From: Auanema rhodensis
Taxonomy: Eukaryota > Animalia > Nematoda
Assembly: GCA_964057225.1 (NCBI GenBank)
Contig: OZ059897.1
Coordinates: 11,532,001-11,596,000 of the forward strand
DNA length: 64,000 bases
Reading direction: 5' to 3'
Made by a program: the position numbers and the translations under genes. Below the pieces are notes generated by a model. It saw only the letters and a program-made list of their open reading frames with translations, was not told where the DNA came from and did no database searches. This document shows, one piece after another, positions 54,225 through 64,000 of this stretch (position 1 is the first letter of the stretch; every line of letters begins with the position of its first letter).

Positions 54225-54852
54225 GTCTGAAAGTCTACTCCGCTATATAAACTAATAAACAACGTATAAAAAATAATTCAAAGAAAAGATGCAAACCCAG
54301 GTACAATAAACATCGATTGAAAATGATAAGAGAAAGCAGAAATTCAAGATAACATTTCCACGAGAACCTTGCGTAGAAGTATCTTCCAAACAAGAGTAGA
54401 GAAAAATTCAATAAATATTAATACCAAAAAGTAACAGCCACAAAGAAAGATGAAAATCGGCAAAAAATTGGCGAAAAATCTTCAGGGCAGCGCGAAAACA
54501 GTTGTATAGAGAACAGTGACCTATATAACTTGAATAAAGCAAATTAATACTCAGATGTTGCAGAAGGAAAATAATCTAATGATCAGTCTTTGATGTTATG
54601 CAAGCAAACACTACATGAGAAGAAGAGGAAAGAACAGAGCAAGGTATAACAGTGACTAGTGGCAAATAGTTTGATCGCGATAGCGCGAGAGTAGAACTGA
54701 TTCACCAATCGGTGAGGAGATTTCAAAGGAACTAAAAACATATTTAGCAATTTAATCTGTACTTGGACAAAACAGAAGAAAACAAGAAAAGTTTGAAAAT
54801 CACTAATGTAATATAATTATTAAATATATAAAATATTCTTCAAGCTATATCA

Positions 54853-55494
54853 TTATATTCCGTTTTCATATGTTTCTGGGCGATGAGATTTAACATCGGG
54901 AGGTGCTTTTGCAAGGAACACGGGCAGCACCCCCGATGAAAATAAAACTGATAGAAGAGAAAGTATCTGCAAACGTTAGACATGCATTTTAAAAGTTTAC
55001 GTTGTAACCCTACCGCACACATGTTACCATTAGTCTGGTCATTTTCATTAGACTCTGAATCATCTATAAGAGAATACACTAGGAATAGTACAAATGCACA
55101 AAGTTCCAAAACAGATATGAATCCCATACATATCGCAAACTTCAAACGGTTACGTTAAATTTCAATAACTATAGGAAACACATACTCCAGCCTGAGCTAT
55201 CATTAGTCTGCAAGATCGAAGAGCGAGAAGAGTGAATGTAGTCACTGATAATAATAATGATAGGAAATTCACAATACAACCAATATCTAACTATAATGGA
55301 ATATAAATAAATTCAGTAATTTTCATTTACCAAAATAGATAATGACCGACTCCAGTTGATCGGTGTTCCAAGCCTCTGAACCAACACCAAGACATGTAAT
55401 GTCTAAATTAAGATTTTAGAAAAAGTTTAAATAATTAACAACAAAATGACTTAAACCGTACAATTGAAACTATTAGAATACGCGAGTGGATCAT
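54853..55494 (-). CDS. Small multi-pass membrane protein, unknown family (five exons)
   Basis: In-frame model MIHSRILIVSI|TLHVLVL…|LDIGCIVNFLSLL…|FAICMGFISVLELCAFVLFLV…|DTFSSISFIFIGVLPVFLAK…* with ~4 hydrophobic segments. Confidence 0.5.
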
Positions 55495-55665
55495 CTACAA
55501 CCAATTCACAAAACTGGTAATTAAAAATGAATATTGGTATTTATCACGTTTTATTCTAATTCAAAGTTAAATTAATCAATTTAACATAACATTATCAATA
55601 GTATCATACCATTGAAATAGAAAAAACTGATTCAAGGTTAATTACAAAGAGCATTCAATATGAAT

Positions 55666-56980
<1,315 letters not shown>

Positions 56981-59900
56981 TGCTCACCTAAATAATTTTA
57001 ATATTCATACAAAGTAAACAGATGGTGAGAAAAGCAATTGGTAAAAGAAAGTTAAAATGGTTAATGTATTATAATCAACAAATTCTAATTATGTCTTGTT
57101 AAGAATACTCAAACTTTATATAGCGACCCAAAGAACACCAATGTACAAAGAACGCAGTGCTTTATTGATTTGCAGAAAAAAAAGAAGAAACTTTTACTGA
57201 ACACGTAAATATAAAAACATAATCATAGGTCATCGTTTATTTTATAAGTCTCTCTTTATCTAACATGCTTGTCATAAAACATTATTTAAGGTTAATCTTA
57301 TATGTAAATATAATAGTTAGGTGCAAGAAGTTTTGATCGATTGCTTATTTATTTTATTAAAACGGAAATATAATATACTTGACCTTCATGTGCTCTCAAC
57401 TTCGGGCTTCTTTCATATATTACTATGTTTTCTATTAATTTGTAATCTTCACGAACATACTTGATTTAGTAATTTTTTTATAGTTTATAATATTGTTAAT
57501 ATGTGATAATTGACATAGCATTTATAAATATTTCTAATATAACTTATGTTTTTAATGAAAATGAAAATAAACTTAATGGATAACACTATTTATAATTAAA
57601 ATTCTTGATATTAGAAGAAGCTGTAAATCAATCAATCAATCATATGAGACTCATATTATATTTTTCTTGAATTGTACAATAATTTGTAATATACTCCAAT
57701 GTATGATATATATGAAACACCTTTCATTAATTTCTCTAAATATGTTCATTATTTTAAACATCTGTCTCAAAATCATTCAACCAGATGTAACAACAATTAT
57801 CATTTTCATGAACTGTTATTTTTTGTTTTTTTTTATTAGTTATAACCTCTTTACAAACATTTTCTACCCCTATCGAACTATTTCAAATAACTTATGATAA
57901 GATGAGAAAAAAAGTATGAAATAGATGTTCTTAATTATGTATATTTACGATTATTTATTCAAATGTATTTCCTTAGACGTGCTTATAAGAAATATTAAAA
58001 TAGCTCTGCTAGCTTTATTTGAAGTTATTTTGGAAATATATTACTGTAATATTACTTTCATAAGATGTGTTCAGCACATATGGCAGACGACTTTGTTCAC
58101 AATTAGAAAATAACAAGGAAAGACTATTCAAACCCTGAAAGACAAGAAGCAATCACCACCTGTGCGACCTAAGTCTGTTGTCTTTAACGAATCATATAGT
58201 AGTGATTGGCTTAATTAGAGTCGGCAGCACATCAGATGTTGTTTCTAAGCGATATCTGGAACTAAATATACCAAATTGAGTTTAAATATCTATTAGGTAT
58301 AAGCAAGAAACGTGTTTAAAGGTTTTTTTAAAATCAAATTGAAGATATATTCATGATTCATGTCATCTAAGGCAAGAAATATGATATCAAAAAAAAAAAA
58401 AATTATATTCGCATCTATGATTCATGGCATATTCGGTTGGTACAATATCCGAAAGATAATAAAAATAATAATTTTCTATGTATATATTGTTATTAATACG
58501 AGGTGACCATAAATAGATGGGACACTCTTTATGAGGTCTTAATCAAAAGGTCCGATATGAAAATGATTTCGGTAGCTCTATCCAAGCTATTTGAATATGA
58601 TTGACAATTATTCATGTGTATAACTATATAATGATAAATACTGAATTGGTCGGAAGGTTTTGCAACAAAGACTATTGAAAGCAGAGGAATTGAAAACAAT
58701 TTCTTCACATAAATCATTCTGATTATAAATTTTTTATACTTTTTTCCTTTGATCCACTCTCAAATTTTCATATATAGTTTTATATATTGAATTTTTCTTT
58801 CCATCTTTTCTTAACATTTCTATTATATTTATGTTGAGAGAATGAGAAAAGAAAATTCTTGCTTCCCTACTTATGAGATTGTTTGGCCTTGCAGAAATAC
58901 AGTTAATCCGTGAAAATCTCCTTTGTCTTTACATTTCTTCTGTATGTATCAATTATGGTTTTTCTATGCGATTATTATTGTTATTACTATTATTACATTT
59001 CTATTATAGTTTATTGTTTTATTATCTATTGTTGGCAATATGATTATTTTATTTTATATTAATGTTATGAGATTTGAAATATTTCAGCTTATTCATATAT
59101 TAATATTTCATTATTCATTCACATATATCAAATAAATTTCTATTTTAATTTTAATCTAATGCTATCATGCTTTACTGTATTTAAGAATTGTGCGCTAAGA
59201 GAATCATGCAAGGCTGATGTCGTGAATAATGACTGATGAACTGAGACAAGGGCACACCAGGGGTTTGCTTCGTTAAAAGGACTATTCAGATGGAAACTTG
59301 AAAATATATTTCGTTCCTACTTATCTAAAACTATAATATCCGTTTAAGAAATCTTTTTGGCCTTACTGATTCATTATAGTGACGTGTCATTTTGAAAATC
59401 CAAAAAGAGTTTTTTCTCACTCTTTATGTCATTTAAAATAGATTCTATTCGAGTAGCCAAAGAGGTAATTATCAAGTGTTCACAGACAGATTTTTGACTC
59501 GGATTCTTTTTTTTCTTTTTGCATAATTTAATTTTGATTGTTTTAATGTTCACAATTGCCTAAAAAATGGAATGAAACCACAATGGCAATGAGGGTAAAT
59601 GACCACCTCAAATGGCAATGACAGTAAATTGAAGGGGTCTGTTCCACTCTGTGCCACTCTCGTACAAACAATGTCTAAGGAATGAAAATGCGCAGCAGGA
59701 TGTTTTGCGAATTCTTTTTATTCTTTTTCATTTTCTTCATCTTCTTCTTTTTCTTCTTCTTCCACCTCATCCTCATCATCCTCATCTTCCTTATTTCTAG
59801 AAATCCTTTTTTCTTATTGTTTTCATTTTTTATTAAAAAATTTCATTGTCAAGATGATCTTCATTCCAGTATTAATCATTTTCATATTCCGTTTACTCAA

Positions 59901-60300
59901 ACAGTTCGAAATCTCTGATAGAATGGTATGGAACGCTTGGTGAGCTGAATAAAAAGAAATTTTAGCTCACAAAACAGCTAATTATATTTCATTTTCGAAA
60001 TAATTTTAATGAATATTTCACATTTTGCTTGTAACTTAACAAACTTTTTTCAATTACATTCCAAATCTATTTCAAATAATATATTATCAATCATCATCTT
60101 CATTCTGCAAACAGATTTCTCCCGCCCCCTATTCGCATGAGACAAGCTCCACCCTCTCCTCAGTTTCTGACGGACAGTTGACCTGGCATATACATCTGAC
60201 CATAGCTGCTTTTATTTCTTCTACCTTCTATTTCTGATCGCATTATATCAACTTTCTACAAATAATTTTTTATCTATTATTTCTGAATAATAGATTAACA

Positions 60301-60886
60301 ATGGCTAATAAGAATAAGGTGCCTCAGAAGCTTCGCCGTAACGAACGTGAAAGACGACGTGTCCACCAGGTTTGTAAACTATTTCTATCTATAGATATTT
60401 TACTGAAACAAAAATAATTTTTATTTATTTTATACATATTATTAGAATAATACATATTTATTTATATCTATTTCTTCAGGTTAATATGGGATTCAATACT
60501 TTGCGTGATCGTGTCCCGTTACCACAAGGCTCCAAACAAAAATTATCAAAGGTAAAACAAAGATAATAAGTATATATTTTAACAATTTAAAATTTAAGGT
60601 TGAAACTCTACGTGAAGCTGCTCGTTATATTGAATTTCTACGCTCAATGTTAGGCGATAAGAACTTTAATGCTTGCCTCTCTTCACCTCAAAGTCAAAAC
60701 TGTAGTCCACAATCGGACATAGCTGCTCAACTTCAGCAGATCCCAGGACTGTATTATCAACCTATGAATCAATTTTGTTCACAAGTTAGCAGTGCTTTCT
60801 CGAATTCTGATGTGTCACTATGCTCTTCATCATATTTTGGGAGCGAGACTTCATTCGAAGATAAATTTTCCAGCTTTAGTCAGTAA
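60301..60886 (+). CDS. hlh-3: Achaete-scute family bHLH transcription factor (HLH-3/HLH-14-like); exons 60301-60369, 60480-60551, 60599-60886
   Basis: RRNERERRRVHQVNMGFNTLRDRVP…KLSKVETLREAARYI; helix 2 resembles HLH-3, RVHQVN resembles HLH-14, so the paralogue call is tentative. Confidence 0.75.
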
Positions 60887-61439
60887 TTTATAGACGATTT
60901 TGCTTTCTAAAGTTTTATAATTTGAGAAAAAGTATATTGTCTTATTCATTATATAGGTATTAGCATGTTTATTTGTTTTAATTTACATATATAAGTCACA
61001 TATAATTCGGGTGATACATTCTTTTTGAAAAAGTATCTGTGCATTTTGATTTGATCATGATCTATATTTTGAGTTTAACGTGTATGTGTTTCATATTCCT
61101 TGTCTCTCGTTGCTTGTATTGAAAAATAATTGAAAATATAAAGTTTATATCATATACCCTTGTTAAACATATATACATATATAATGAATATAACTCTAGA
61201 TTATAGTTAAAATAACAAAAAAAAAAGAAGAAAATAATACGTTATAGAGTATTACTATTAATATATTATATGCTTGACTAACCTTATATACAGTATAATA
61301 CTATCTTTTCACTCTATGCATACAATTATAGATTTGATTGGCAACAATGCGCTAAAAATAATATCTTTTATTCTAGAACCCCATAATTAAGCATGTATTT
61401 TATACAGATATACTTGATCTTATTCACCTTATACTTCAC

Positions 61440-61500
61440 TATCTCTCTATTTCTCTTATTTCTCTTTGATCACTCTATCTCTCTCTCTCTTTCTTTCTCT
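61440..61500. repeat. Imperfect (CT)n microsatellite
   Basis: ctctctctct runs. Confidence 0.7.
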
Positions 61501-63827
61501 GTTTCTTAATCCTCTGTTCACCTATTCTTTCTACACAGTTCAATTCATTTTTACATTTTTTTGCTCACAATATATTCTTTTTACTCTCATTTTAGTATTA
61601 TTCAAGGTTATTCTAGTTGAATAGATTTCCAAATTTAAAAAAATAGTTTGAAAGTACATTCAATTGATTCCGAAAAACTATTTTAATAAATTAGAAATAT
61701 TAATTATTATTTGAATTTAAAACAATATTGATTAAGATCATTGAATATACATGAATTCTTATATTTTTTGAAAGCACAATAGAGTTCAAAATGAAAGAAT
61801 TGTTGAATGGTCGACCCATCCCATAATTTTACTCATCAATTTCTGTCTGTCAATGTTCATGTAAATGAGATTGAATAGACTCATATAAAATGACTGTGGA
61901 AACAACAGAATCCACAAAAAAAGGCCATTTGAAATAAAAAAAACGAAAAATGTTTTGTGTTTAAACGTAGATAAAAGAACATTGAATTCTACTTTTTAAC
62001 AATATATAAATATATTTTCATTTTATAATTTATATAAATATAAATAAAAATAAAAAATATAGAATATTATATTATAAATCGATATACATTCATTGTTTTT
62101 GGTCTTATGCTTAAAGACGTTTTACCCATATCTTTCAGGTGTACCATTCAATTCATAGATTGAGAAGGATTTAGGTTATTTTGAGTACAGGATGAACACG
62201 TATGGATGAAATTCCACTTGAGAATTACTTACAAATCCACATACTTTTCATATAATCAAAAAAGGATTATAGATGTGAATGGTAAAAACAAGTTAATCTT
62301 ATAGGTTTATTTAATTCTTATATATCTACTTGAACTAATCTCATGTTCTTGAGAAGATTTTGAAGATGATCAAGTGAATACTTCATTTTGTCTTAATTCT
62401 CATGAACTTTTCAACACTAAAACTAAGATAAATGATTTTAAGTGAATTACATATGATATGATTGACGTTAGATTAAACTAATAAGAAAAAACAACAATAG
62501 AATTCTCACACAACTTATATTATCTACAAATTCTCTTACAAATTCATAATTTGTATTACGCATTGATATCTGTCATAAAATATGACGTAACTACAACACG
62601 AGAATTGAAGGAATTGTTGCGCAATTCCATTTTTTCTTTTCAGAATTCATCGATATATAGTCTGTTGTTGTACTGTACTTTGAAATTGAGTTTTACCTAT
62701 TATAATATTTTATACTAAAAATGGTTACTTCACATATTATTGAATGTTTCGAAAAAAAACGAGAATAAAATAGGAACAGATGTCGGAAGACTTGAAAACT
62801 CAGCTAATTCTCTTTAATGATTCTCAAGATGCAGCTTAATTGACGGTTTCATCACTCAGTAGAAGCCGTTTTGCCTTTTTTTGCGCGATTCAGTCCATAA
62901 GAAGATCTTCAGTGACCTTATAAGGAGTGCCGGCTGGATTATATACAATAGCAGTTCTGACTTTTGAAGAAATGAAAGCCGCCCATGTCTTTCAGGAAGA
63001 GCTGGCATTCATTAGAATTGAGATTAAGTTAAGTATGTGTATAAATATATATATAACCGCTTTTTTACTTAATAAGAAAAAAAAAGAGTTTAAACGTTTC
63101 ACGTGAACTACTATTGGCACAATATTGGATGTGAGTGAAATTAAGGGCATTTAAGGCTTTAAGATAATTTTTCCATTACATTTCCTCAAAATATGGGGTT
63201 TGAGGGATTTTTTTCATATTCTCTTGTATAGGTTAAAATAGAGACCGTTAATTATGGCTCAAGACACATAATTGTCGATTATTTCCGGATGATTGCGTAA
63301 CAAAGTGGGCAATTCGCAAGGTACTGTCGAACCATTCATCTTCGTTTATTCTTCAACGTTTTTGTAAAGCAAAAGAAGTTTTTGTTGTCAAATTTAGATA
63401 ATATTCATTTATATGACAAAGAAAACAAGGAGATTTAGTATAATTAAAGTAAAAAGCCCAATTATATTGAAACAACACTAAACTAATAGATGTTCGGGCG
63501 AAGGAGTTTTATCAGCTAATTAAGAATTCCATATTAATGCCATCGACGGTCATATTTGGTTTATTTGGTTAGCAATATATCCTAATAGTATTATGAGTAA
63601 AGATAATGCTTTACAGTTATGGGCAATCAATATTCTATATGTCATTTAATGCTTGACATCAAATTGCTAAGGCAGGAGCCAAGAGAATTGATGCAAACAG
63701 TATTCAGAGTACTTTATGGGTGTTTCATATATGCAAACGGTAAATGATATTCTGGAAATTAAATAAAATTTAAATTTGTCTTGCCTGCTCTTCTTTCAAC
63801 AGTGGCTTTGACTGAGTGATTCATCAA

Positions 63828-64000
63828 ATGCCAAATAAGCCACGGATGATCGAGCCCAAATCGATTACAATTCATGAAGGAATGAGTAGGTCAACGAACG
63901 ATCATTCACAGACAAGCGCTTGTCTCTATAAGAGCTACAACCATCACGATTCTCCAAGAGCAGAGAAAGTCACTAGTGCAGGTTGTCACATATGTGGGAT
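63828..64000 (+). CDS. Possible first exon of a gene running off the window (MPNKPRMIEPK…AGCHICG)
   Basis: tttcaacag acceptor-like site at ~63802, then ATG with an open frame to the window end; higher GC than its surroundings. Confidence 0.25.
   Translation, partial: MPNKPRMIEPKSITIHEGMSRSTNDHSQTSACLYKSYNHHDSPRAEKVTSAGCHICG

Overview
Eukaryotic, very AT-rich, gene-dense genomic DNA from a rhabditid (clade V-like) nematode. This is inferred from protein similarity to C. elegans genes, ~40-50 nt introns, and close same-strand gene pairs typical of SL2 operons. The supplied ORF track only catches exon fragments, so I rebuilt the spliced models by hand. About 22 protein-coding genes are present: lgc-34, OGFOD1, two tandem secreted ShKT proteins (one an EGSG-repeat proteoglycan), pdha-1, ufd-2, nduf-11 (NDUFA11), a divergent Cys-loop channel (lgc-20-like), TRAIP, TatD, TMEM9, mS38/AURKAIP1, two PLGRKT paralogues, plpr-1, cct-2, two Cys-rich GPI-type proteins, RNase H2A, CLPTM1L, DHCR24, a small multi-pass membrane protein, decr-1 and an achaete-scute bHLH. 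A nested transposon graveyard at ~4.3-8.0 kb holds a Merlin remnant, a 1.33-kb foldback with 73-bp repeats and a tRNA-like fragment, and an intron-containing MULE transposase pseudogene. The most unusual signal is the splicing grammar: the 3' splice site is strongly degenerate (about 30 or more AAG acceptors, one GAG, and one apparent GT...CAT intron in the TatD catalytic motif), four GC donors are required to keep reading frames, and introns sit at a tight ~40-45 nt size. A TACGC motif recurs at housekeeping-gene promoters. Gene identities come from remembered family motifs, not database searches, and counts are manual.
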